Source: Bdellovibrionia bacterium
Lineage (GTDB): Bacteria > Bdellovibrionota > UBA1018
Direction: 5' to 3'
Length of the DNA: 64,000 nucleotides
Assembly (NCBI GenBank): GCA_040399745.1
Contig: JBBARP010000001.1
Span: 1 to 64,000, forward strand
Below, in pieces: positions 44,080-52,991 of this stretch. The position numbers and the translations under genes were made by a program. How positions within the stretch are numbered: the stretch's first letter is position 1; each line of letters opens with the position of its first letter. The notes beneath the pieces were generated by a model that saw only the letters and a program-made list of their open reading frames with translations, had not been told where the DNA came from and did not search any database.

Positions 44080-45783
44080 ATGGCTCAGCGACCCCTTCGT
44101 AAAAAGCCCGAAGCGGCCAAAGCCGCGCCCGCTGCTCAGCCATTTGCCCCGCCTGCCCTGGAGCGCGAAGAAGCGCGCCAAGCGGTCGAGCGAGTGGAAG
44201 AGGCCGCAAGGAAGCTCTCCTTAGAGGGCGAGGAAGCGTTCTCGGACTTCCGAATCACCGGGAGCCGCTGGCGGCAGGACGATGCCTACCTCTTCGTCCT
44301 CGATCTGGAAGGGAACCTGCGGGTGCATCCCGATCCGATCTTGGAAGGAAGTAACCAGATCGACCTGCAGGACGTAAACGGCAAGCGAATCATTCAAGGC
44401 CTGATCGGAGTGACGCTTGCTTCCACCGAAAATCGAGAGGGTTGGTATCACTACCTGTGGCCTGTACCTGGGAGCCTTCTGCCGCGCTGGAAAAGTAGTT
44501 ACGTCAAGCGAGTCGAGACGCCTTCAGGCAAAAGCTACGTTGTGGGCGCCGGGATCTATGATGACAGCATGGAGAAAGCGTTTGCTGTGGACTGGGTGTC
44601 GGATGCGGTTCGCGCAATCGAGCTCAAAGGCCCTGAAGCATTCTCGCTGTTTCGCGATCCGACGGGTCCTTTCATGGCGAAGGACTGCTACCTTTTTGTG
44701 ATCAATTCCGAGGGCTATGAATTAGTGAACCCAGCCTTCCCGAGCCTGGAGGGAAGGAGCCTGATTCAGTTTACGGATACTCGGGGCAAGCAACCCATTC
44801 GCGAGATGCTCGACAAAGCTCGCCAAAATCAGCAGGGCTGGGTGGATTACTACTGGCCAAAGCCTGGGGAAAGCCTCTCCACGAAGAAGACGTCCTTCGT
44901 GGCGCGCGCCAACTGGTCAGGGCAGTGGTTTGTCGTGGGCTGCGGCGTTTACGCTCCTGGCGCGACCAAGTCAGTCCTTCGCGCGGTTCACATGACTCCG
45001 TCGGAGCTCATGCAACGAGTTCACGAGGCCGCCACCTTGCTGGAGCGGGAAGGCGAGCTTGCTTACTCAAAGCTTCAAGAGAAAGGTTCGCGTTGGTTTC
45101 ACGACGACTCCTACTTTTTTGCTTGGAGCTTGGACGGAGAGCGCGTCTTTCATGCAGCAGAACCTGAGCGAGTGGGCGAGTCCGTTCTTGGACTCAGGGA
45201 CGTTCTAGGTCGTCCCTACGCGAAGATGATTTTGGAAGTGGGCGCAAGCTCAGAAGGCCAGGGCTGGGTTCATTACCTGCACCCGAAGCCAGACGAGCTG
45301 TTTCCCGTGTGGAAGTCTGTTTTCGTGAAAAGGGTGACCTATCCGTCGGGGCGCCGGATGATTCTGGGCTGCGGGATCTATCAGATGAAGATGGATCACG
45401 TGTTGATTGAAGATCTGGTGAATCGCGCTGCGAAGTCGGTTGCCGAAAACGGGCAAGCTGCTTTTTCGGAACTGCGTGAGCGGACGGGTCCCTACTCATT
45501 CATGGACACTTATGTGTTCGTTCAGACGCCTCAAGGGGTGGAGCTGGTAAATTCGGCATTCCCGAATCTCGAGGGCCGAAGCCTGCTTGAAGTGAAAGAC
45601 CTTCAAGGCGCCGCTGTGATTCGCGACGAGATTGAAGCAGTCGAGCGCCACGGGTCTGCGTGGATCGAAGCTCAGTGGTATCGCCCGGGTAGTAATGCTC
45701 CGGCCAGAAAGCTGAGCTACGTGAAGAAAGTGAAGCACGGCGGTCAAATCTTCATCGTGGGTTCGGGGCTTTACCCGGAATAA
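44080..45783 (+). CDS. Stand-alone protein with four Cache_2-like domains
   Basis: Four repeats of YxFV..G....H/NP...G.....D..G....GWxxYxWPxPG...K.SYVK....VG.G.Y. Confidence 0.85.
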   Translation: MAQRPLRKKPEAAKAAPAAQPFAPPALEREEARQAVERVEEAARKLSLEGEEAFSDFRITGSRWRQDDAYLFVLDLEGNLRVHPDPILEGSNQIDLQDVNGKRIIQGLIGVTLASTENREGWYHYLWPVPGSLLPRWKSSYVKRVETPSGKSYVVGAGIYDDSMEKAFAVDWVSDAVRAIELKGPEAFSLFRDPTGPFMAKDCYLFVINSEGYELVNPAFPSLEGRSLIQFTDTRGKQPIREMLDKARQNQQGWVDYYWPKPGESLSTKKTSFVARANWSGQWFVVGCGVYAPGATKSVLRAVHMTPSELMQRVHEAATLLEREGELAYSKLQEKGSRWFHDDSYFFAWSLDGERVFHAAEPERVGESVLGLRDVLGRPYAKMILEVGASSEGQGWVHYLHPKPDELFPVWKSVFVKRVTYPSGRRMILGCGIYQMKMDHVLIEDLVNRAAKSVAENGQAAFSELRERTGPYSFMDTYVFVQTPQGVELVNSAFPNLEGRSLLEVKDLQGAAVIRDEIEAVERHGSAWIEAQWYRPGSNAPARKLSYVKKVKHGGQIFIVGSGLYPE

Positions 45784-45849
45784 CTCCTTCGAAAACGCAT
45801 TGGACGCTGGGTGAGGGTGGGCTTAGACTCCTGAGTTCGGAGGCCACCC

Positions 45850-46230
45850 ATGAACATCGTCCTTTGGATTCTGCAGGTATTCTTTTCCGTGCACACTTTC
45901 GGGGGTGCGGTCTGGAAGCTATCGAATCCATCTCAGGCGGTGGCATTCTTGAGCGCCATTCCGCAGGCAGCGTGGGTCGTGCTGATTGCTCTTGAGATGA
46001 TTGCAAGCGTTTGCCTGATTCTTCCAGCTTTTGGTGCACGCTTTCGATTGCTTTCTCCGCTTGCGGCGGCATTCATCGCGCTTGAGATGCTCCTGTTTAC
46101 AGGCATTCACCAAGCCTCTGGATCGACCGAGACGGTGCCGGTGAAATACTGGCTGGTCGTTGCAGTCGTGTGTGGTTTTCTGGCCTGGGCGCGGAAAGTG
46201 CGCTGGCCGCATTCGGGAGCTTCCAAATGA
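45850..46230 (+). CDS. DoxX-family membrane protein
   Basis: MNIVLWILQV...GGAVWKL with four TM segments. Confidence 0.7.
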   Translation: MNIVLWILQVFFSVHTFGGAVWKLSNPSQAVAFLSAIPQAAWVVLIALEMIASVCLILPAFGARFRLLSPLAAAFIALEMLLFTGIHQASGSTETVPVKYWLVVAVVCGFLAWARKVRWPHSGASK

Positions 46231-46658
46231 AAGTGCTTTTCGATCTCGCTAACGCGTATGTGATGCCGTTTTGGCTTCTGATGATTTTTGCTCCGAAGTG
46301 GAGCTGGACGCGGAAGATCCTGTCATCGCCTTGGGTCTTGGTGCCTTTAGCGGCGGCTTACTTGCGACTGATGGGCCCTCAATTCCTTCAAACGCTCCCA
46401 TTGCTAGCGAAGCCTGAACTCGAATCCGTGAGTGCCCTTCTTGGCACCCATGAGGGAACCACCGTGGGGTGGATTCATTTCCTTTGCTTTGATCTTTTCG
46501 TCGGGCGCTGGATTTACCTCGATTCTCGCTCTCGAAATCTTTCGGCCCTTTTGATTTCCCCGGTTCTGTTCCTGACGCTCATGTTTGGTCCGGTGGGGTG
46601 GCTCGTTTATTTCCTGATCACTCAGCGCATCAAGCGAATTGAGGAATCACTCGCATGA
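46227..46658 (+). CDS. ABA4-like / DUF4281 membrane protein
   Basis: PFWLLMIFAPKW, GWIHFLCFDLFVGRWI and LTLMFGPVG. Confidence 0.85.
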   Translation: MKVLFDLANAYVMPFWLLMIFAPKWSWTRKILSSPWVLVPLAAAYLRLMGPQFLQTLPLLAKPELESVSALLGTHEGTTVGWIHFLCFDLFVGRWIYLDSRSRNLSALLISPVLFLTLMFGPVGWLVYFLITQRIKRIEESLA

Positions 46659-47314
46659 TCGCTGTCATCGCAGGTGCGACGGGCCTAAGCGGCCAAGCCT
46701 TGATTCAGGAACTCGAGCGCGACTCTCGCTTTACCGAGATTCATGCTTACGTTCGTCAGGCTGGAAAATTGCCAAAGTCTCCCAAGCTCCGAGAACACGT
46801 TCTTCCTGCGGGCGGATTCCCCGAGCTGGTGACAAAGCCTGTGGAATCCTTGCCGGGAGTCTCGTTTTTCTGTGCACTGGGGACGACCATTAAAAAAGCA
46901 GGCTCTCGTGAGGCGTTTCGTCGCGTCGATTTTGATGAAGTCGTCGCTTTTGGAAAATTTTGCGAAAAGGCGCAAGCTCACTCTTTGACTTTAGTTTCTG
47001 CCGTCGGCGCTGCCACGGACTCCTGGATTTTCTACTCGCGAGTGAAAGGCGATACGGAAGAAGCCGTTCAAGCCTTAGCCATTCCCCGTGTGACTATTTT
47101 TCGGCCGTCGTTCTTGATTGGCGATCGCCAAGAAAGCCGTCCCGCTGAGCGCTTCTTCATTCAAGCGTGGCGCGCCGGCGCGCGCTTCCTGCCAGCGACC
47201 TGGAAAGCCAAAGCCGGCACGCCCGTTGAGGTCATGACCCGCGCGATGATCGAGCAGGCTGTGAAGCCCGGCCCCGGCCGCGTTTGGATCGAAGCTCAAG
47301 ACATCCGGGGTTAG
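46655..47314 (+). CDS. NAD(P)-binding Rossmann protein (YraR/TIP30-like)
   Basis: GATGLSG, CALGTTIKKAGS..AFRRVD, YSRVKG and RPSFLIG. Confidence 0.88.
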   Translation: MIAVIAGATGLSGQALIQELERDSRFTEIHAYVRQAGKLPKSPKLREHVLPAGGFPELVTKPVESLPGVSFFCALGTTIKKAGSREAFRRVDFDEVVAFGKFCEKAQAHSLTLVSAVGAATDSWIFYSRVKGDTEEAVQALAIPRVTIFRPSFLIGDRQESRPAERFFIQAWRAGARFLPATWKAKAGTPVEVMTRAMIEQAVKPGPGRVWIEAQDIRG

Positions 47315-47937
47315 AGACTCCCGTCGTCGCGATGAAACAAGACAGCGCGAACGTCTTCTAAGTTTCCCAGCTTAGGCGTTCGAAGCTGGCCTGCGGCCGT
47401 GAATCCTTGCCGGATAAAGAACTGGGTCGATCGCAGGTTCTCTACCGGGTGTTGGACCACCGCCGTGAAGACAGGCTCTGAGCCTGTTTCCCGAAGAAAC
47501 GTTTGAACCAGGGCTTGGGCCACTCCCCGAACTGCCGAAGTAGAATCGACCGCAATCTGATCCAAGTAGCGAAACCTCCCCGCTTCAAAAGCGGATCGTT
47601 TCCAATCACTGGGCTGAGCTTCTTCCCAGACTACCCTCGTCTCGGGGTGCCTAGGCCGAAAGGTCACACCCGGAGTGCCGGTCACATAGCCAAGCACCTG
47701 TTGCTCGGAACCTAGCGCTACCGTTAGCGTCCCGCCCATTTGGAAAAGACTCAGAAAAGTTCCCGGGTCGTAAGCTTTGAGTAAGAAACCCCGGGCGCTC
47801 TCTTTGGGGGCATTCGGGTGATCTTGCGCTTGGATAATGTGCTGGCTTTGAACGCGGATGACCTGATCGATCAGCTCGGCCGAGGGAAATTCTCGGTAAG
47901 TCATCAGTTGAAGCGGGGAAGAAAACGTCTCTGCCAT
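47311..47937 (-). CDS. GNAT-family N-acetyltransferase-like protein
   Basis: YLDQIAVD....RGVAQAL and N.RS..FF...GF. Confidence 0.7.
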   Translation of the reverse strand: MAETFSSPLQLMTYREFPSAELIDQVIRVQSQHIIQAQDHPNAPKESARGFLLKAYDPGTFLSLFQMGGTLTVALGSEQQVLGYVTGTPGVTFRPRHPETRVVWEEAQPSDWKRSAFEAGRFRYLDQIAVDSTSAVRGVAQALVQTFLRETGSEPVFTAVVQHPVENLRSTQFFIRQGFTAAGQLRTPKLGNLEDVRAVLFHRDDGSL

Positions 47938-48086
47938 AAAAAGTGGGGCCGTCTTATCTCTTAGGTTTCCGCTTGGAAAGCAGAAGGCTGCTGGTTTCCT
48001 CCGCGTTTGTCCGGCCCAAGGGCATTGACTCCTTCGGGCTTTAAGGATTTCTAATCAGAAGTCCGAGTCACAAAAAGGAAACAGCT

Positions 48087-49019
48087 ATGAAACCGGTATT
48101 TTCACTCTTGGCCGCCATCGCGATGATTCTTGTTCCGTGTGTGTCCCAAGCTGCGATCGGCGTGATTTCCCCGCAAGAAGCGAAGGCTTTGATTGAGAGT
48201 CCGGAGGCGGTCAAGCGGCCCATCGTCTTGGACACTCGCGGAGGCTACAAAGATTATTTCCGTGGCCACCTGCCCACGGCGCATCACTTGGAGTTTGATA
48301 CTTTGCGGGGCACCGACGCCGGCGTTCCGGTTCAGTACCTTCCCGACGAAATCACCGAGAAGCTTCTGCAGCGTGCGGGCGTTCAGAAGAACCGCACCCA
48401 CATTGTCTATGCGACAGGCGCTTCACTCCCCAATGACGAAATTTTGAGCGCCACCATGGTGGCCTACGTACTCGAGAAGTTCGGAATCCAAGATATTCGG
48501 ATTTTGGATGGAGGCCTTCCGGGTTGGACCTCATCAGGTTTTGCCTCGACCCAAGACTACTTTGGAAATTCCTTGGGCAAGCTTCCTGGAAAGAAACTTT
48601 CGAACGTGGGTTTGAAGCTCGAGCAAGTGCTGAAGCAAAAGGTCCAGCCAGGAACGCTGCTGGTCGATGCGCGGCCCAAGAACGAGTACCTGGGCCAGGA
48701 CGACGTTTGGGTTCGGAAAGGCCACATCCCGGGCGCCATCAGTTTTCACTGGGCACGCTTGATGGATCCCGCCAACACTCACAAATTCCGCCCTTTTTCT
48801 GAAACCAAGGCCGAGCTGGAAGCCGCCGGTATCACGCCCGACAAAAACATCATCGCTTACTGCGGCACTTCCCGTGAGGGCAGTTTGCTTCGCTTTTACC
48901 TGAAGCACGTCGCCGGCTATCCGAACGTGAATCTGTACGAGGGTTCTTGGAAGGAATACGCTTGGACGCAAGGAAAGTCGCTCCCTGCGGAGACGACTGA
49001 AAACGTAGCTAAACGCTGA
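48087..49019 (+). CDS. Secreted tandem-domain rhodanese/sulfurtransferase
   Basis: Signal peptide, GHLPTA, ILDGG, GHIPGA, catalytic YCGTSRE and LYEGSWKEY. Confidence 0.9.
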   Translation: MKPVFSLLAAIAMILVPCVSQAAIGVISPQEAKALIESPEAVKRPIVLDTRGGYKDYFRGHLPTAHHLEFDTLRGTDAGVPVQYLPDEITEKLLQRAGVQKNRTHIVYATGASLPNDEILSATMVAYVLEKFGIQDIRILDGGLPGWTSSGFASTQDYFGNSLGKLPGKKLSNVGLKLEQVLKQKVQPGTLLVDARPKNEYLGQDDVWVRKGHIPGAISFHWARLMDPANTHKFRPFSETKAELEAAGITPDKNIIAYCGTSREGSLLRFYLKHVAGYPNVNLYEGSWKEYAWTQGKSLPAETTENVAKR

Positions 49020-49058
49020 TCGAAACAATCAAAGCACCGAGAGGCCGGGAGGGCCGCA

Positions 49059-50060
49059 ATGATGACCGCTTGGGGTGTTGCGCTTTTCTTGGCTGCAGGC
49101 TGGGTGGCGTTCACCAACGGCGCAAACGCCAACTTCAAAGGGGTGGCGTCCCTTTACGGAAGCGGAACCACTACGCTTCGGCGGGCCCTAATTTGGGGTA
49201 CGTTGACGACGTTTCTTGGGTCGGTTGCGGCATTCTTCTTAGCCGACACCCTTCTAAAGAACTTCGGCGGACGCGGGCTGGTTTCCGACGCTCTGGTCGC
49301 AGCGCCTGAGTTCTTGTTTGCAGTGGCTTCGGGCGCAGCTTTCACAAGCTTCCTGGGCACGCGTTTTGGATTTCCTGTTTCAACGACACATGCACTGGTG
49401 GGTGCTCTGGTTGGCGCAGGTTCAGCGCATTCTTTAGGCGAAGTTCATTGGGAAGCTTTGGAAAAAAACTTCCTTCAGCCGCTTCTTCTCAGTCCGCTCG
49501 TTGCGATGGCTCTGGGAGGCGCTCTTGCAGCGCTTTCGCGCCTGGGCCAGGATTTCCTGCAACGAAATGCTGAGCACTTAGAAAAGCTTCATTTCTTGAG
49601 TGCCGGGGCTTCGAGTTTTTCACGCGGCTTAAATGACACTCCCAAGATGGCGGCACTTCTTCTGGGGATTCGCGCCTTGGACCCAAGTGGAACTTTCGTC
49701 CCCACTCTCCCACTTGCCGCCTGTGTTGCAGTCGTTGCGGTTTTGATTGCGGGGGGCGCCTTATTAGATGCCGAAAAAGTAGCCGAGACTTTGGGAAAAA
49801 AAGTGACGGGAATGAGCCCGTCGGAAGGGTTCGCAGCGAACCTTTCCACTGCGCTTTTAGTCACCACCGCAAGCCTTCACGGGCTTCCAGCCAGCACCAC
49901 TCACGTCAGCGTGGGCTCGATGCTGGGAATGGGGATCGTGAACGGTCGCGCCCACTGGAAGTCGGTGGGGCAGATTGCTTTGGCGTGGATCACGACACTT
50001 CCGTGTGCCGCTCTATTGGCTGCTCTCGTTTATTCAGTGGCTGTGAAGCTTGCGAATTGA
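49059..50060 (+). CDS. PiT/CysP-family inorganic anion transporter
   Basis: NGANANFKG, PVSTTHALVG, GLNDTPK and PASTTHVSVG. Confidence 0.88.
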   Translation: MMTAWGVALFLAAGWVAFTNGANANFKGVASLYGSGTTTLRRALIWGTLTTFLGSVAAFFLADTLLKNFGGRGLVSDALVAAPEFLFAVASGAAFTSFLGTRFGFPVSTTHALVGALVGAGSAHSLGEVHWEALEKNFLQPLLLSPLVAMALGGALAALSRLGQDFLQRNAEHLEKLHFLSAGASSFSRGLNDTPKMAALLLGIRALDPSGTFVPTLPLAACVAVVAVLIAGGALLDAEKVAETLGKKVTGMSPSEGFAANLSTALLVTTASLHGLPASTTHVSVGSMLGMGIVNGRAHWKSVGQIALAWITTLPCAALLAALVYSVAVKLAN

Positions 50061-50887
50061 AGTTTGAAATCAAACTCAAGCGCTTCGGGTTTCAGGCCTG
50101 AGGTTTGTGGAGTAGGCCAAAGTGCCTGCACTTTTTCTGTCACTTCTTTTCGGTGCTTCAGCACTTCATCACGGGAGCCAAGAGCTTCTTCAAAGTGCTG
50201 GGTTCGTGATTGTGAGAAAAGAAGCCCTGAAAAATCAGTCGCGCTCAACTTGAGAATCATCGGGCAGGGCAGAGTTTTTTCGCGGTGATCGCGTGAAAGC
50301 CCCGATTGCGCGGCAAAGGGCTCAAGAAGTTCTGAGAATTTTCCGCGAGGGCGCTGCTCGGGTGCTCGCCACTTTTCATTAAATTGGCGCCTGACCCACT
50401 CGTTGAGAGAGGTCGCCTCAGGGTGAAGCGCTTTTGGAAACTGGTACTCAAATACTAAGAGTTTTCCTCTGGGCCGCAGAAGTCGAACGCACTCCTGTGC
50501 GGTTTTTCCACCGTTCATCCAATGAACGGCACTCCCAATCAGGATCAGGTCTTGAGACCTGGCGTCTAAAGGGGTGTTTTCTGCTGGGCTCTGAACCAAG
50601 CGTAAAGAGGCAACTTCCTGAAACGCTGCCTGAGTTTTTGATTTCTGAAGAAGCAAGGAATCGGGATCCACCAGTGTGAGCTGGATGTTCGCAAGGGAAT
50701 TGCCCCAAGTTTTTTGAGCATTCACCCAAGAAGCTGAGGCCAAGCCCGTTCCGGCGCCTAAATCGCAGACCTGAAGTGGCCTGCTAGCTAAGGCGCCACG
50801 CAAGCCATCAAAGAGGGCTGAAGGATAGTGCGGGCGATACTCGGCATAAAGGTCTGCGTCTGCCCGGTGGGGCATGGGCGCGGACAT
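50030..50887 (-). CDS. Class I SAM-dependent methyltransferase
   Basis: YRPHYP, DLGAGTG, AVHW and RLLRPRG. Confidence 0.85.
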   Translation of the reverse strand: MSAPMPHRADADLYAEYRPHYPSALFDGLRGALASRPLQVCDLGAGTGLASASWVNAQKTWGNSLANIQLTLVDPDSLLLQKSKTQAAFQEVASLRLVQSPAENTPLDARSQDLILIGSAVHWMNGGKTAQECVRLLRPRGKLLVFEYQFPKALHPEATSLNEWVRRQFNEKWRAPEQRPRGKFSELLEPFAAQSGLSRDHREKTLPCPMILKLSATDFSGLLFSQSRTQHFEEALGSRDEVLKHRKEVTEKVQALWPTPQTSGLKPEALEFDFKLQFASFTATE

Positions 50888-50891
50888 GCGA

Positions 50892-51320
50892 TCAATCTTC
50901 CGTAACGAGGTCGGGAAGCTCGTTTGGGTTCTCGGCGCCTGACTCCACGGGGAAGTGCATTTTCAGAGTCACGCCGAGAGTTCTCACGGCGAACGCAATG
51001 GCGTTCTCGTAGTGGGTCGAGAGCAGGTCTTCTCTCAGGCTTTTTGCCAGATCGTCCCAGTAGCTTTGGCCAATCTTGGCTTGAATGCCCGTGTCGCCGA
51101 TGACGGCAAATTTCTTCTTTCGCAGATTCACGTACAGGAGCACGCCGTTTCTCTCGGCAGTTCGGTACATGCCGTAACTTTCAAAAAGTTTTTGCGCGCG
51201 TTTGAAAGCGTCGGGCTCCCACCAGCGGCGCGTGATGTGCACGCGAATTTCGCCCGTGGTTCCTTTTTCTGCCCACTGAATGGCTTTCAGGATTGCCGAT
51301 TCCGTCTTACCAGCCGCCAC
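50892..51320 (-). CDS. TPM-domain protein
   Basis: AEKGTTGEIRVHI, TAERNGVLLY, GDTGI and NELPD. The start is estimated at GTG 51320. Confidence 0.85.
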   Translation of the reverse strand: MAAGKTESAILKAIQWAEKGTTGEIRVHITRRWWEPDAFKRAQKLFESYGMYRTAERNGVLLYVNLRKKKFAVIGDTGIQAKIGQSYWDDLAKSLREDLLSTHYENAIAFAVRTLGVTLKMHFPVESGAENPNELPDLVTED

Positions 51321-52206
51321 TTGCACCTCCGCCGCCGGATCGGCCACCGCCGCCCGAGAATCCGCCTCCACCACCGCCTCCGCCAAAGCCGCCGAAGCCA
51401 CCGCCGCTTCCCCAGAAGCCGCCTTCGAGTTGTTTGCGACGTCGGAGCGGATCGAGAGGCGAGGGGTGGTGCCAGCCGCGAGCCGTGTAGTGAGCTTCAG
51501 CGCTCATCAAAGCGCGAAGGGCCAAGATCACCACGCCGAGCGCCACGACTAGTGCCAAGTTCACCGGCACTTTACGACCCGGGCGTCGCTGGGCTTTCAA
51601 TGCCGCTTGTGCAGCGGCTGCATCGGGGCTGTCTTTGAGGACCGGGCTTTCGATAGCGCGAAGAATCTCAACAGCGGAATCCAGAAGCGCTAAGTCCGAT
51701 TGGCCCGCCTTCAGTCTCGGCACCAAGGCTTCGGTCAGCACGCGTTTGGCGCGTGCATCGGTCAGAAGGGGCTCGAGCCCATAGCCCACTTCGATGCGAG
51801 CTTTTCGGTCGTTCCAATACAGGGCTAAGAGCACCCCGTTGTCTTTGTTCTTCTGACCGATGTGCCATTCCTGGAACACGCGGTTCGTGGTCTCGAGTAA
51901 GTCCTGACCTTCTAAGCTTTGAAAAACAGCGATGACGACTTGTTCGGTCGTTGCATCTTCGTGTGCTTTCAAAAGGCGTGAAAGCTGGCTTTTGCCCTCG
52001 GGTGAGAGAATGCCCGCTTGATCCAGAACCCAGGCCGCCGGTGCGGCCGGGATTTTAAATCCCGTCGCCTCGGCGGCTTGAGCCGAAGCGATGGGCGCGA
52101 AACCCACGCCCGTGCGAGGGCTTTGAGCCGTCCCGAGACTCAGGGCTGTAGCTAGGCTCAGCGCCAGGAGTAGCCCTGTTGCCAGGACGAATCGGCCAAA
52201 ACGCAT
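51307..52206 (-). CDS. TPM-domain protein (YgcG-like) with Gly-rich tail
   Basis: IGQKNKDNGVLL, RIEVGYGLE and GFSGGGGRSGGGGASGGW. Confidence 0.92.
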   Translation of the reverse strand: MRFGRFVLATGLLLALSLATALSLGTAQSPRTGVGFAPIASAQAAEATGFKIPAAPAAWVLDQAGILSPEGKSQLSRLLKAHEDATTEQVVIAVFQSLEGQDLLETTNRVFQEWHIGQKNKDNGVLLALYWNDRKARIEVGYGLEPLLTDARAKRVLTEALVPRLKAGQSDLALLDSAVEILRAIESPVLKDSPDAAAAQAALKAQRRPGRKVPVNLALVVALGVVILALRALMSAEAHYTARGWHHPSPLDPLRRRKQLEGGFWGSGGGFGGFGGGGGGGGFSGGGGRSGGGGASGGW

Positions 52207-52209
52207 CGA

Positions 52210-52788
52210 TTAGAACTCGACCTTCGGAGCCGTTGCTGCCCCGGCTTGTGCTGCGAAGTATTCCTTCGGTGTGAAGCCGCGGAAACCTGCAACGATCGAG
52301 GTGGGGAAAGTGCGAATGGCTTGGTTGAATTCGCGAGCCGCCCCGTTGAAGCGCTGGCGCTCAATGGTGATGCGGTTCTCGGTGCCTTCCAATTGGCTTT
52401 GAAGCTCCATGAAGTTTTGGTTGGCTTTCAGATCCGGGTAGCGCTCGGCCACAACCATCAAGCGCGAGAGGGCTTGCGAGAGGGCCCCTTGGGCTTCATC
52501 AAACTTCTTCAAGTCCGCCGGTGAGTTCAGTTTCACTTGGCCCACCTGCGAGCGCGCTTGGGTCACTTGCGTCAGCACTTCGGCTTCATGCTTGGCGTAA
52601 CCTTTAACGGTCGAGACCAGATTGGGGATCAAGTCAGCGCGGCGCTGATAAACGTTTTCGACTTGAGCGCGGGCTTCATTGAACCCTTCATCGAGCCCCA
52701 CCAGGCGATTGCCTGCCGAGACAAACCAAAGGACGCTCAGAACGAGCACGCCCACGATGGAAAGAAGAACGATCGTCGACTTTTTCAT
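52210..52788 (-). CDS. lemA: LemA family protein
   Basis: YQRRADLIPNLVSTVKGYA, ERYPDLKANQNF and LEGTENRI. Confidence 0.95.
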   Translation of the reverse strand: MKKSTIVLLSIVGVLVLSVLWFVSAGNRLVGLDEGFNEARAQVENVYQRRADLIPNLVSTVKGYAKHEAEVLTQVTQARSQVGQVKLNSPADLKKFDEAQGALSQALSRLMVVAERYPDLKANQNFMELQSQLEGTENRITIERQRFNGAAREFNQAIRTFPTSIVAGFRGFTPKEYFAAQAGAATAPKVEF

Positions 52789-52853
52789 GCCCCCCACTGT
52801 AGCCGATTCCTGAATTCTTGACATCTATGCTTGCGAAGGCCATGACCCGAATC

Positions 52854-52987
52854 GCCTGATGTCCGGGGAAAACGGGTGAGAATCCCGTGCTGTCCCGCAA
52901 CGGTGAGCAGCTTTCTGATGAGTTCCTGAAGAAAAGCTGCGCAGTCCGAGCTCCCGGCAGGTTTTGTAACTCCCGAGGAGGATTCGG
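52854..52987 (+). ncRNA. Cobalamin riboswitch (compact, class-II-like)
   Basis: Core GGGGAA-AACGGGTGAGAATCCCGT-GCTGTCCCGCAACGGTGA, a B12-box-like AGTCCGAG..CCCGGCAGG, and a 3' hairpin whose loop carries the GGAGGA RBS. It lies upstream of a TonB receptor. Confidence 0.85.
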
Positions 52988-52991
52988 AAAA

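Noticed and set aside
43931..44209. 92-aa minus-strand ORF upstream of the ABC-2 operon as a possible exported peptide precursor
   Set aside because: It overlaps the Cache gene and the promoter region, has no RBS or leader features, and no modifying enzymes are nearby.
51307..51425. Gly-rich GGC/GGT low-complexity tract
   Set aside because: This is the standard C-terminal tail of YgcG-like TPM proteins.
52887..52991. ORF-track N-terminal extensions of the TonB receptor (and likewise of leuS, tuf, nusG, rpsB, tsf, pyrH and tsaB)
   Set aside because: The extensions run through riboswitch, leader or upstream-gene sequence. Downstream starts with an RBS or a family-typical N-terminus fit better.
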